From a virus: DNA of 64,000 bases. Below the pieces are notes generated by a model, which had not been told where the DNA came from, ran no database searches, and saw only the letters and a list, made by a program, of their open reading frames with translations. A program made the translations under genes and the position numbers. The stretch is taken from positions 1-64,000 of the IMG/VR virus record IMGVR_UViG_3300020581_000010. One strand, written 5' to 3'. Shown piece by piece: positions 34,724 through 45,254 of the stretch; position 1 is the first letter of the stretch; each line of letters begins with the position of its first letter.

Positions 34724-35338
34724 TCAAAACTCCGGCACCCAAGGTTTCACATCCGGCAGCGGTGGAACAGCCAACTGCTCCGCCCGTGCCCGTTTCGCCG
34801 CGAAGTACACTTCCTTGCACGCCACCACGTCAGCCATCGCGTCGTGGGCTCCTGTCAACGCTTTGCCGCAGATCATCTCGTATGCCTCTGCCAGCTTCGG
34901 CCACTTGTAGCCATATTTGCCCGGCAGCTTGCATATCGGGGTGGCCATCTCCATGACGCAAACCTGCACCGGGGGATAGGTCAACGACATGCCCGCTAGC
35001 GTAGCCTCTCGGATGAGTAGGTTGCGGTCGAATGAGAGGTTGTAGACGGCCAAGGTTCCTGACGCTGGCATCATGCTCTGGAGATGCTTCAAGGCATCGG
35101 CCATCGGTATGCCGTCTTGCTCGCACTTCTCCGTGGTGATGCCGTGGACCGCAGTCGCTTCCGGTGGGATGGTCCAGCCATCGGGCTTGATGAACAGCTT
35201 GCACGATCCGACCGGTTCACCCTCGCCGTCAACCAGCATTGCCGCGAGCTGGACGATGCGAGGCTGGTGCGGTGCGTCGTCAGGGGAGTGATAGTCCCAT
35301 AGGGATGTCGTTTCTGTGTCCACGAAAGTCGTGCTCAT
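34724..35338 (-). CDS. DEDDh 3'-5' exonuclease
   Basis: DTETT, HGIT, YNLSFD, AHDAMAD. Confidence 0.92.
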   Translation of the reverse strand: MSTTFVDTETTSLWDYHSPDDAPHQPRIVQLAAMLVDGEGEPVGSCKLFIKPDGWTIPPEATAVHGITTEKCEQDGIPMADALKHLQSMMPASGTLAVYNLSFDRNLLIREATLAGMSLTYPPVQVCVMEMATPICKLPGKYGYKWPKLAEAYEMICGKALTGAHDAMADVVACKEVYFAAKRARAEQLAVPPLPDVKPWVPEF

Positions 35339-36361
35339 GCTGCACCTCTTCGCCCAAGAGAATCACCATCCTCGGAGCAACGCCGTCGCTGTCTAGAACC
35401 CCAAGGAAGTAGTCACGCCACGCCGAACTGTCCACCATTATCCCATCGACCTTGTACGTCTTGCCGTCCTTGCACTTCATTGTCTTCGGGAGGCATTCCG
35501 TCTTGACCACCCGCATCCCGAGTACCGAATCCCTGGTTGCTTCCTTCAGCTTGCCCATCGCGTTCAGGATTTCCGGAACGTTCGGCGGTGGCATGTTTAT
35601 GCTAGCACAGTACGTGTGCGGGTCGTTCAGCCAGCTCATTTGATGGTCAACTCCTCAGTAGTCCCCAATAGCTTTCCGCCGCAGTAGATTTTCGCTGGCC
35701 CTAAAACGACAGGCTTCCCGCCGAGCATGGCCTTGTCCCTCCTGATCTTGTCTGACAGCCACCTATCGGACTCTGCCTTCTGCGGTGGGGAGAGCAGAGA
35801 TAGCTGGCAATCGTATGACCACAGAGGCAAGCCAGCGAAGATTACCGGCCTTCCTCGTGCGTCGGCAAGCAACCGTGCGTCGCGTTTGTCGCTCATCACT
35901 CCCTCGCTTCCACGATCACGGGTTTCAGTTCGCACGTCGTTACTTCCTCCATGTCAATCCAAGTGCGGATGTCCAACGCTTGCGGATGGCTCCACCACAA
36001 CAATGCCGTATGCCACTTGCCGTCGTCTGGTACGTCTCGGGCCTTCACGAACATTTTGGTGACTGAACTTTTAAAGGCCTCTGGCGGAAGCATGCCCGAT
36101 CCGATGGCAGTGTCAAAAAACGTCTTTGGCCTCGCCTTTTCTTTCTCGTCGTAGGTCGTGACAATCTCTTGTCCGACTCGTTTGACTTGGGATGAAACCG
36201 TGCGTCCTCGATCTATCAGCAGTTCTTTCAGTCGCTCTTGTTCCTTGGCTTCCTCAAGAGCGGTGTCCCAAATCCTCCTCAGGTTCGCCACGTGGTCGCT
36301 TGTTAGCCGTGACACGCAAGGGTGCACCTCGGCCAAGCATTCCTCAAACGTCTTCATGCTA

Positions 36362-38383
36362 TCACCCCTTCGGCTTCCGCCACACCCAGCAATCTCCCCT
36401 GACCGCCGCTGGCGTATCCCTGAACGTCCCGTCCACCGCCTCCACCACACCGGGGAACGCTGCCGTGTAGTCGTGCCCCGCAAGGATGCCGCCCGGCTTC
36501 ACCTTCGGAAGCCACGCCTGGATGTCCTGCACGACAGACTGGTAGTCGTGCGATGCGTCGATGAACACGAAGTCCAGGCAGTTGTCGAGGATAGCCCCGG
36601 CAACGTCCGCACTCTTCCCTTCCTTGACCTGCACCAGCTTTGACACCCCGGCCCGGCGTAGGTTCTCGTCGAACGCCTGACGCAATGTCTTGCCCCCGAG
36701 CTTGCTGATGATCTCCCGGTGGACCTGCTCATCCGATCCCTGGAAGTGGTCCACGGCATACAGGAACCAGTGCTGTTTTGGGTACTGCTGCGTGGCCCTG
36801 GCGAGTACGGTGATTCCCTGGCCAAGCAGACTGCCCACCTCGACCAGCGACCCGCCACCGCTGACGGCCAAGTCCCTGACTACCTCGTGGTACAGCTCCC
36901 GCATGGGCTTGGTGCAGTAGCCGAACGGTTCCCAAAAGGGGTCGGGCTTAGCATACGGTTCGACGATTGCCCGTTGTGATTCGGTCAGGTGGTGCTTCTC
37001 GCCTGTCGATTCTAACGGCTCTCGTGATGGTAGCCCGAGATGATTCGGCCTCGACTGCTCTGGAACATTCTGGCTTTTCTTCATCGCTTCAACGGCGGTG
37101 AGTCTTTCCCACACGGTGACACCGCCATTGATAGCCCTTGTCTCGTATTTCTTCGGAACCGGAAACAGCACGTCCGGTATGCTCTCAATCGTGAAATGGT
37201 TCGTGAAAACGGCATTGATGCGGGATTCCTCAGCCGACTTGTGGAAGCATCCGACGCCGTTCCTTGTGAACCACACCGGAGCATCCACCTTCACCCATTC
37301 GGCACGCTCGAAGGACGCTGCGATCCGGTTCGCCGCCGGCCTCAGTGCCTCCGTGGCCTCAGCAATGGCCGCTGTGCCCTTGCTGGCCACTGACGCCGCA
37401 ACGTCCTGCATCGTGTCGAACGTCGCCTCTGCTGGCGGTCCTGCCGCGACTCCGCACCCTTGCGTGAGGGATTCGGCCAAATCCGTAAGTCCCGGAATGT
37501 GAATCCTTTCCGGTTTCAAATCGGACGCTGCGTCCGTTTTGGCCACCCCATTCTTCGCCGTCCGCTCCTTCTCCTCTCGCATCCTCAGAATCGAGTACAT
37601 CTTCTCCCTGAACGTGTCCACCTGAGAGGGGTGCAGTATCTTCGGCTGAGTGATCTCCCCCACCTTGAAGTGGCTCGACCAGTTGTCGAAGTCGGCGAAG
37701 ATGTGGACGTTCGCCGCCCTCATCTGCTGGTGGCAGAAGATGTCCTCGCTGGCCTTCATGATCGTGTGTGCATCGTCTGCCCACATGAACTCGTAGTACG
37801 GCTTCTTGATCAGCGAGAATGCCCGCATGTCGTAGGCTATGCACCCCGGCCCGACGTTCTCCACCTCGACCAGCCCCCTCTCTGCCGCCGCTTCCTCGCG
37901 GGTGTAGCGGGACATCTGGAAGCCGCTGTTCTCGTAGTTGTTCTTGTTGGTGCGGTATCGGAACACCAGCGGGTCTTCCTTCTCTCCCCCGGTGCAGTAG
38001 GGGGAAGCGATCACGATGGGGGGCCTGCCCTTCTGCAAGTTCAGCCAGATTTCCTTGACCGCCTCGTCGAACCACCGCGTGACCGGACCCATGTCGTCGT
38101 CGAGCATCACCAGCACGTCCGCCCCCCGCTGCTGGGCTTCGTCCACGGCGATGTTCCGGGCTGCCGAGTGCGGGACCACGTTGCCGAACACGGCGATGCT
38201 CGTGACCAGTCCCTTGATGCCAGCGAGGCACGGACCACCAGCTAGGGCGATTGCACCCATGCTCTGGACGTGGGCCTGGAAGCCGACCAGCTCTTGGCGG
38301 ACCATGCCGCTAGCCGTGATGATCGCACTAAGGACTTTGAACGGCCTTGGTGGCGTCTCGCTCTGACTCTGTTGCGGCTGCAC
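36362..38383 (-). CDS. GT-A glycosyltransferase fused to class I (Methyltransf_24-like) methyltransferase
   Basis: N: AARN, MLDDD, SEDIF; C: VEVGSLLG, AVDHFQG, DFVFIDASHDY, KPGGILAGHDY. Confidence 0.85.
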   Translation of the reverse strand: MQPQQSQSETPPRPFKVLSAIITASGMVRQELVGFQAHVQSMGAIALAGGPCLAGIKGLVTSIAVFGNVVPHSAARNIAVDEAQQRGADVLVMLDDDMGPVTRWFDEAVKEIWLNLQKGRPPIVIASPYCTGGEKEDPLVFRYRTNKNNYENSGFQMSRYTREEAAAERGLVEVENVGPGCIAYDMRAFSLIKKPYYEFMWADDAHTIMKASEDIFCHQQMRAANVHIFADFDNWSSHFKVGEITQPKILHPSQVDTFREKMYSILRMREEKERTAKNGVAKTDAASDLKPERIHIPGLTDLAESLTQGCGVAAGPPAEATFDTMQDVAASVASKGTAAIAEATEALRPAANRIAASFERAEWVKVDAPVWFTRNGVGCFHKSAEESRINAVFTNHFTIESIPDVLFPVPKKYETRAINGGVTVWERLTAVEAMKKSQNVPEQSRPNHLGLPSREPLESTGEKHHLTESQRAIVEPYAKPDPFWEPFGYCTKPMRELYHEVVRDLAVSGGGSLVEVGSLLGQGITVLARATQQYPKQHWFLYAVDHFQGSDEQVHREIISKLGGKTLRQAFDENLRRAGVSKLVQVKEGKSADVAGAILDNCLDFVFIDASHDYQSVVQDIQAWLPKVKPGGILAGHDYTAAFPGVVEAVDGTFRDTPAAVRGDCWVWRKPKG

Positions 38384-39080
38384 GGTGTTCCTCCGTTATG
38401 GGGATGGTGGTGAATGTCTGGCGGTCGCTGCCGGTCATGGAAATCAATCTGGCCGTGGCGTTCGCACGGGCAGTCACGAGTCCGTCGATTGCGTGACACG
38501 TCTCTTGCCGCCATGCTTGAAGGGCCCTGGTTTCGCGTTCAATCCGGCCGCTTTCAGCGACTTTCTTTGCCAGATTGGAATTCGCGTCTTTGAGCACGGC
38601 CACCTCGGCCTCAAGTGCCGTCACTTCGTGTTCGCATTGCTCGTACATCCCACGCAGGTCAGCGTTCACTTCCTCAAGCGTCTTGATTGCTTCGCCCCTC
38701 CGTCCTACCTCGTCGGCCAGCTTGGCGTTCTCGGCGAGGGCCTCGGCCAATTGCTTTGGCCCGGCGTTTTCTTCACGCCGCTTCAGGTCGAGGAGTTCTC
38801 CTGCCATCCGGTCCCGCTCGGCAAGCAAGTTGGTGTAGGTGTCCAACAGAGTTTTGCTTTCAGCTACCAGCCTGTTGCAAGAATGCTGAAGGAATGCACA
38901 AACCTGTTTGCTCCACAACTCGAAAGCAAGCATATCCTCCACGGTTTTGGTGGAGCCGCACAGCTTGCAGTGGAATTGATACTTCGTAGGTCCGAGTCCG
39001 AACCACGGCCGGACAGCGTCCCGATAACCCCATTGATGCTCGCACGTCCTCACGTCCCTGCCGCTGCCGTTATCCGCCAT
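38328..39080 (-). CDS. Coiled-coil protein with N-terminal Zn ribbon
   Basis: CEH..CKLC; heptad-rich. Confidence 0.5.
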   Translation of the reverse strand: MADNGSGRDVRTCEHQWGYRDAVRPWFGLGPTKYQFHCKLCGSTKTVEDMLAFELWSKQVCAFLQHSCNRLVAESKTLLDTYTNLLAERDRMAGELLDLKRREENAGPKQLAEALAENAKLADEVGRRGEAIKTLEEVNADLRGMYEQCEHEVTALEAEVAVLKDANSNLAKKVAESGRIERETRALQAWRQETCHAIDGLVTARANATARLISMTGSDRQTFTTIPITEEHRAAATESERDATKAVQSP

Positions 39081-39685
39081 TGGAATACGCTCCCTTGGTT
39101 GTTCTCTGCCCCGTCCCGCCTGTACCGATGCAGCTTGATAACCGCTATCGCCGACTCGTTCAGTTCGACCACCTTCTCAAGCATCGCCACTTGCTGCTGT
39201 GCGGCGTGGACATGCTGCTCGGCTACCATCTTCAAGAGGTTCGCCCCATCGTCCGTCTCGAACCGTGCCGCGATGTCCCGCATCTCTTCGAGGTTCCGCT
39301 TGACCGTGGCCATCTGCTGCTTGGCGTCCCTGACCGTCACTTCGATGGCCTGTATCATCTCCCGCACCACGTCGTTCCGCTTCGTGCCCCTGCCAGTCAC
39401 GGTGAGCAGCTGCACGACTTGAAGGAACGCCTGCGAGATGATCGCAAGTTCCTGCCCGTTGTCCTTCTCGGGTGCCTTCTCCCACTCGCCCGTCTCGTCG
39501 TACTTCGCTCGCCTCGCGGGGTCGCTGAGCACGTCCCAGGCCAGCTTGACCCGCTCGAACTCCTCCTGTGATCCACCACGGTCAGGATGGGTTGCGAGGG
39601 ACCGCTTGCGGAACGCTGCCTTGATGGCCTCAGCGGTCGCGGTCTTGCGGACCTTCAACACTTTGTAGGGGTCAAACGGCTTCAT
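39050..39685 (-). CDS. J-domain (DnaJ-like) protein
   Basis: DPYKVL, IKAAFR, HPD, AWDVLSDP.RR..YD. Confidence 0.92.
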   Translation of the reverse strand: MKPFDPYKVLKVRKTATAEAIKAAFRKRSLATHPDRGGSQEEFERVKLAWDVLSDPARRAKYDETGEWEKAPEKDNGQELAIISQAFLQVVQLLTVTGRGTKRNDVVREMIQAIEVTVRDAKQQMATVKRNLEEMRDIAARFETDDGANLLKMVAEQHVHAAQQQVAMLEKVVELNESAIAVIKLHRYRRDGAENNQGSVFQWRITAAAGT

Positions 39686-39945
39686 TGTCTGGCCCTTATC
39701 AGCATGTTCAAGATTTCCGTCGCTGCATCACCATCGTAATCGGCGTCCTCGACCTTGCGAACTACTGACACCTTGACACCGATCAGCTTTGCCGACTGCC
39801 TTTGGGATAGATTGCCTCTCATGCGGATGTCATAAAACTGCTGGGCGATGTTGGCCTTGCGTTCTTCCTCAGCGACCGCCTTGACCAATTCCTGGTCGGC
39901 CTCAAGCTGTCGCCTGATAACATCGGCAAAGTTCTTGGTTTTCAT
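39682..39945 (-). CDS. XRE-family HTH protein
   Basis: IAQQ.YDIR...NLSQ...AKLIG. Confidence 0.7.
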   Translation of the reverse strand: MKTKNFADVIRRQLEADQELVKAVAEEERKANIAQQFYDIRMRGNLSQRQSAKLIGVKVSVVRKVEDADYDGDAATEILNMLIRARQ

Positions 39946-40226
39946 GGAAGCATCCTTGGGACAGCGTCCCTGTTCATCGGTAACGCTTGCCACGACTTTT
40001 CTACCGGCACCTTGTCACCCTTCTCCAGATTACACCCCTCGCACGCCAGCTTCCGGTTCTCCGGCGTATCGTCACCGCCCCTTGACAATGGAACCACGTG
40101 GTCGATAGTCGCGGAGTCGAACGTGAGCCGTTTTTGGCAGATGTAGCACTTGTTATCCTCCCTGAGCATGGCCCGCACGATGAAGTGCCGGTGGTTGTTG
40201 AAATTGAACTTCCGCTTGCGTTTCAT
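39942..40226 (-). CDS. HNH endonuclease
   Basis: CYIC, TIDHVVPLSRGG, N..LAC..CN..K. Confidence 0.9.
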   Translation of the reverse strand: MKRKRKFNFNNHRHFIVRAMLREDNKCYICQKRLTFDSATIDHVVPLSRGGDDTPENRKLACEGCNLEKGDKVPVEKSWQALPMNRDAVPRMLP

Positions 40227-42603
40227 GGGTTGCGGCCCTCGCTGATCATCACGCCATACCTCTCTGCGATGAACGACTGGATTTGCCCAACATAGTTTGG
40301 ATTGCTAGACACCAGATCGGCATCGTGGCAAATCATGGTAACCACTTTCCCTTTAGGGAAATCTTTAACCCATCGGATCAGGTCACGCCACTGCCGCCGC
40401 TCGTCGCGTGCCTTGCGTCGTTTTCTGGCCTGTCGGTTGTCACGGCATTTAGGCATGGTCTGAACCCTCGCCTCTCGGTCGGTTGTCCAGCTTGCACCCT
40501 TCCGTCTTGCAGTTCTGGCACAGGAACCACCAGTAGGGAGGCTCGTCGCCATCAGCCATCGCATACCCGAAAGAGATGTTAGTCCCGCTGCACTTCGGGC
40601 AAGCATGATTTTCTGACCAAGACTCCCAGCGTTCTTGCTGATTCACGGCTTGCGGCCCTCGCTGTCCTTTTTGGTGAACCCGTCCGTCGTCTGCTCCTCT
40701 TGCTGAAGGAACTTGCTCAACAGCACCTTGACGTTGTGGGCTGACACCATGCGGCCATCGCCCGCGATGTTGTATCCGTAGGACATGTCGATTGCGGTGC
40801 AAATCTGCTCATACTCTTGCGGGGTCAGCATTACGGGTCTTTCGGTTTGAGGTATTCCCTGCACTGTCTCGTAAGCGTGGCCTCAATCTGCCACCCGTCC
40901 CCGTCATCGACTTCCGCCACCACGTCCATGAGCACCGATCCCCACAGCTTGTCGATGTGGGAGCGGATCGTGCGTAGCTGCTGCTCCGGTATGGCGTCGT
41001 AGACCGCAACCCGCTCAACGTCGGTGTAGCGGACTGACCGCTCCTCGGCACCCTTGCGGCCTTTCAGCGTCAGGAGAATCGAGGTGTTCATCTCGGCCTC
41101 GCAATCTCCACCGGCCACCACTCTGCCGAATCCCTGCACTGGTCTAGAGGGAACTCCACCCCGTCCGGTGCCGCGAACATCAGTTGCACGCATCCCCGGA
41201 AGTAGCTGGCCACTACCTTGACGATTGCCCCGCCCTGACACCACTCGTCCCTGTACCAATAGTACCCTGCCCCAATCGGGGGCTCCGTTGACCAGTGGCG
41301 GTCAGCTATGAGGACGTAGGGGATGGTGTTGCCGTTAGTGTGCATTGCCGATGCTCTCCAACGCTGCCGCCTCGGTCATGACCTTGCCGTCCGCCTTGCG
41401 TCTCCACGTCGCCTCACCCTTGCCCCTGGCGTGAATCTCGAACCCCATCTTGCGGAGCGTGGCGTCCTTGCTGTGCCGCCTGGTGTGGTCCTGAGAGCGG
41501 TGGGCTGATTCAGCTTTCGCTTGCGGGCTGATGTTGGCCATCGTTCGCCCTCCGTTTCGCTTCCTTGACATCTTCAAGAAACCTTAGCGAACGCACTATT
41601 TCTACTGCACCGCTGCCATAGAATGGAGGGTACTGGTTCGGGTGGTCGTATCTGTCGCCCTTCTTCCAGTACAGGTGTTCTCCGCTGCCAGAAGGTATCG
41701 GTTGCCACCCATCGACGACCATCTGGACCATGCGGTCATAGACCAACTCGCGATGCGTCATTTCCCTGCCCTCTCCGTCGGCCCCATCGCTTCCCACTTC
41801 AACCGTGCGAGTACGGGGTCGAGGTGTTCGCCGATCCCGGCACGGATGGACTTCGCTTCGATCCACGCTTCGTGTTCGCTCCTGTCGGTCACTTCGTCAA
41901 GGTTCCTGGCACACGCCTCCAGCCATCCCTTGAGGGCAAGTAGGTGCTGCTCGTTTGTCATCGTCGTGGATGCTGGCTTGACGGTCATCGCTTCGCACCT
42001 TTCGCATTGCGGACGGCCTTCCTTTCTTTCCTCAAGTACGAGTCAAAGTAGGTCGCTTCGGCACACTTGCGACCGCCAATGTCTGCCGCGTCATTTTGAG
42101 CATTTGACATGCAGTGAACGGCACCGATCAGTGCCTCTAAAATCTCATCGGCGTAGTGGTGCAACGGGCACCAGTGAATTCCATCGTCGGACGTGGTGTA
42201 GTGGCACCCGCAGTCACGGAATATCCCTTCCGTCGTCGGCTTCTCGTTAGCGTACCTTGAGTAGAATTTCTGCTCGCTCATCCCCAAATCTCCTCTATCG
42301 CCGCAGGCACCATCTCCTGCGGCAGTGAGTCCCACCCACGCATGAAAGCCGTCACCGCCGCTTGCTGGCACACCCCGCCCGCGAACTGCTGCCACAGCCT
42401 GGGACGCTGGCTGATAGACCGCTTGTGCAGGCCCATCGCACACACCCAGCACTCCTCGAATGGCGTGCCCCTGTCAGTGTCGTGGTGCGTCCACCGTGGG
42501 AGCGTTGTGGACCCGTCGAACTTGCACAGGGCAGGAACCTCAGGCTTCCGCACTTCACGACGTAGGACAGCGACAACGGGTTCGGCTGAGGGTGGGAAGA
42601 TGC

Positions 42604-43200
42604 TCACGCCATCACCACCTTCATCCTGATTGCCTTGCCGGACCTGACCGCCTTCAAGATCACTCGCGGGTCTTGCATGTATTCCATGAACCATTCGAGG
42701 ATGCTGGAAATCGTTTCTGGTTCCTCGGCATCACAGTAGGACGCCACTTGCTTTGCCAAGATGAACGCCGCACGGGACAGGCCGCACTTGTACATCCTCT
42801 TCATGAGCGGACGGCCGATGGTATCCTCCATGATCTTGAAATTACTTCCGGTTCTCGGCATCACGGCCCGCTCGTTCTGAAGCCAGACCCCAAGGGCGTC
42901 GTTGCCTGACATCGGCCGCATGGTGACGTTGACTGACGCATAAATCTGTGCGAGGTCAGTGTCAGCCGGGAAGACATTAGCCTCAATTTCCTTCCAGCCG
43001 AGTTGTTTGGCTGCCGCCCATCGGCGGTGCCCTTCGATGATCGTGTAGTCCTCCATGATCGAAATCGGCTGGAGCAATCCAAACGCCTCCATCGAATCGG
43101 CCAGCTTAGAAATGTTGGCCTTGTCGGTTCGTCGTGGAGGATTGTGCGGTGCCGGCTTGAGTCTGGACAGCGGTACGATACGACGGTCTTTCAGTTGCAT
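42604..43200 (-). CDS. ParB/Srx N-terminal domain protein
   Basis: NPPRR, LADSM..FGLLQPI, IIEGHRRWAA. Confidence 0.85.
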   Translation of the reverse strand: MQLKDRRIVPLSRLKPAPHNPPRRTDKANISKLADSMEAFGLLQPISIMEDYTIIEGHRRWAAAKQLGWKEIEANVFPADTDLAQIYASVNVTMRPMSGNDALGVWLQNERAVMPRTGSNFKIMEDTIGRPLMKRMYKCGLSRAAFILAKQVASYCDAEEPETISSILEWFMEYMQDPRVILKAVRSGKAIRMKVVMA

Positions 43201-43430
43201 GGTCTTTTCTCCCTCACCGTAGGCTGAATCTTTATCAGGCACGAGTGCGGCACCCTTCGTCCGCCCATCCTCAGAATCTTCTCCACCTGCTTGTCGTCAG
43301 CGTGCCACGCCGTGCTTGCCCTCCGTGTGGAGCAGAGGCCGAGCAGGACAGCTACGCCGCCACCAAGTAGTACGGGCATGACCTCGATTGCCAGAGCGGT
43401 TAGAAGGGACATGGGGTTCCTCCGTGAAGG

Positions 43431-43676
43431 CTAGATGCTGTAATCGAAAGCCGGTTCGGACTTCTCCAAAGCCGCGTATCTGAATTTCTGGCACGATTTG
43501 ACGGTGAAGATTCGTCCCGTGACGACATTGAGACACCGCCATGCCGTCCACCCGGTGCAGGAGTTTCCATTGAACTCCTCAGTAGCGGACAGCACTTTAA
43601 CTTGAATGGTGTCGCCGTTCCATCTCAGCCAATACGCCTTTCCGACCTGAATATCCCTGGCTTTCATCTCTTGCAC
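43431..43676 (-). CDS. Hypothetical SH3-like protein
   Basis: MKARDIQVGKAY...N..TGR; directly downstream of promoter. Confidence 0.55.
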   Translation of the reverse strand: MQEMKARDIQVGKAYWLRWNGDTIQVKVLSATEEFNGNSCTGWTAWRCLNVVTGRIFTVKSCQKFRYAALEKSEPAFDYSI

Positions 43677-43707
43677 CTTTCAGTTAGACTCGTTGCCTCA
43701 CTCCCTT

Positions 43708-43738
43708 AATCTATACCCCACGGGTAATAGTTTGGCAA
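43708..43738 (-). promoter_or_regulatory. Promoter with operator AACTATTACCCGTGGGGTATA
   Basis: TTGCCA-17bp-TATAGA(TT); near copy of the 44309-44337 element. Confidence 0.65.
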
Positions 43739-43763
43739 TCTCAATCTGGCGGAATTTCCCAAG

Positions 43764-44069
43764 TTAGCGTACGCTATCGTTTGCCGGGCTCATATCGGCT
43801 TCCCGTTCGTCACCGCCTGCCAGCACCGCCGTCATTCGCGTGCGTTCAGTGCCATCCTTGTTCATCTGGATTCCGCCGTCTTCGTCCAAGATGTTGATGC
43901 ACTTGATACTGATGTCCTCTACCGGAAGAATCACGGCTCCGTCGCTTTCGAGTGCGTGCGAGAACGATACCTTGTTGACGCACACCGGCTCCCTGCCGTG
44001 GCCTTCAGCGATCAGTTTTCCGATGATGCGATACAGCCTATTAAGCGTCATGGTCTTCGGCTTACTCAT
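43764..44069 (-). CDS. Hypothetical protein
   Basis: Coupled to HTH gene. Confidence 0.55.
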   Translation of the reverse strand: MSKPKTMTLNRLYRIIGKLIAEGHGREPVCVNKVSFSHALESDGAVILPVEDISIKCINILDEDGGIQMNKDGTERTRMTAVLAGGDEREADMSPANDSVR

Positions 44070-44284
44070 GTTTTTGCCTTTCGTTTCGGCCTGCCCGTCG
44101 GCCTCACCCTGACCGCCTCAAGGTCGCCTGGTGCAATCCGCCACGCCTTGCCCCTCGGGTACTCAGACAGCACAGCGAGCAACCGACCTGACTTGATGAG
44201 CTGCCGTACGCGGTGGACGCTGACGCCCAGCTCGCGTGCCGCCTCTGCGGTGCCTATCGTGCCATTTTCTTTCCGCCGACTCAT
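44066..44284 (-). CDS. Excisionase-like HTH_17 regulator
   Basis: GTAEAARELGVS..RVRQLI.SGRL; ends VRVRPTGRP. Confidence 0.8.
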   Translation of the reverse strand: MSRRKENGTIGTAEAARELGVSVHRVRQLIKSGRLLAVLSEYPRGKAWRIAPGDLEAVRVRPTGRPKRKAKT

Positions 44285-44308
44285 TGCTTTTCCGTCCCCT
44301 TCCGTGAT

Positions 44309-44337
44309 ACTATAACCGATGGGTAATAGTTTGACAA
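44309..44337 (-). promoter_or_regulatory. Promoter with operator AACTATTACCCATCGGTTATA
   Basis: TTGTCA-17bp-TATAGT. Confidence 0.7.
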
Positions 44338-44823
44338 GACAGGAGGGCAACACGCATGAGCAAGAAATGGCTAGTCCCCTGCAACGTGAAGCAAGCAACT
44401 GGAATCCAATGGTGGGAAGTTGTTGCCGACACCGCCGCAATGGCTCTTTCTAAGTTGAAGCAGGGGGAAGGCACCTGCACGAATGAGGAGATCGAGGTTG
44501 TCGATCTCGGCTATCCCAGAGTGGACGAAGTGACGCAAGTCGAGGAGTGAACCCATGCCGACCCCAACCGACACCGTGACTCCGCTGGTCTGCGAACGCC
44601 TCATGGTATGCCTGGTTGACATGCTCGGCATATCCCTATCGGTCGCCTACTGTGGAACCCCACCGCAAGAGGAGCATGGGCCGAACGTGCAGTTCTTCAA
44701 GAATCTCGAAGACAACGTGCAGGGCAACCGTGGCAACGGGCTGGATTTGTCGCACTTGACGTGGGGCGATGCGAAACTCTTGCTTGAGGCAACCATGAAG
44801 AAGGCACAGGAGATTTTGGACAA

Positions 44824-45057
44824 ATGACCGCCATCCGCCAGACCCGCCTCCGCATCCTGGGCGTCTTCCTGAGTCGCCGTATGCAGGGCAAGCCTCCTCC
44901 GTCAGTCCGCGACCTGTGCAAGATGCTGGGCCACTGGCCTAACAGCGTCCACGGCCACATCCGAGCGTTGCAGCGTGATGGGTTGATAGACGTGGGGACG
45001 GCAAGCAGCAGGGCGGTGGAGACGAAGTGCAGGTTCATTCCTGTGGAGGCGTTGTGA
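44824..45057 (+). CDS. LexA-type DNA-binding domain only
   Basis: PPSVRDL...G..SV.GHI.AL..DG.I...SRA. Confidence 0.75.
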   Translation: MTAIRQTRLRILGVFLSRRMQGKPPPSVRDLCKMLGHWPNSVHGHIRALQRDGLIDVGTASSRAVETKCRFIPVEAL

Positions 45058-45254
45058 CCGAATCCCAGCTCCACATCCTCTCAAACCTCTTCTCAGGCCG
45101 TGAAGCCCTGTCAGGGTTCGACCGATGGAAACACGGTGGCCTCACTCGCACGCTGAGGATGATGGAGCAGCGTGGCTGGCTCAAGGAAGGTGCGATCACG
45201 GCAGAGGGGCGGAAGGCGTTGGCAGTGGCAGGCAACCCAGAATAGGGAGCGACC

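Noticed and set aside
42604-43200. Plasmid-prophage partition system
   Set aside because: ParB N-domain only; no ParA or parS array found
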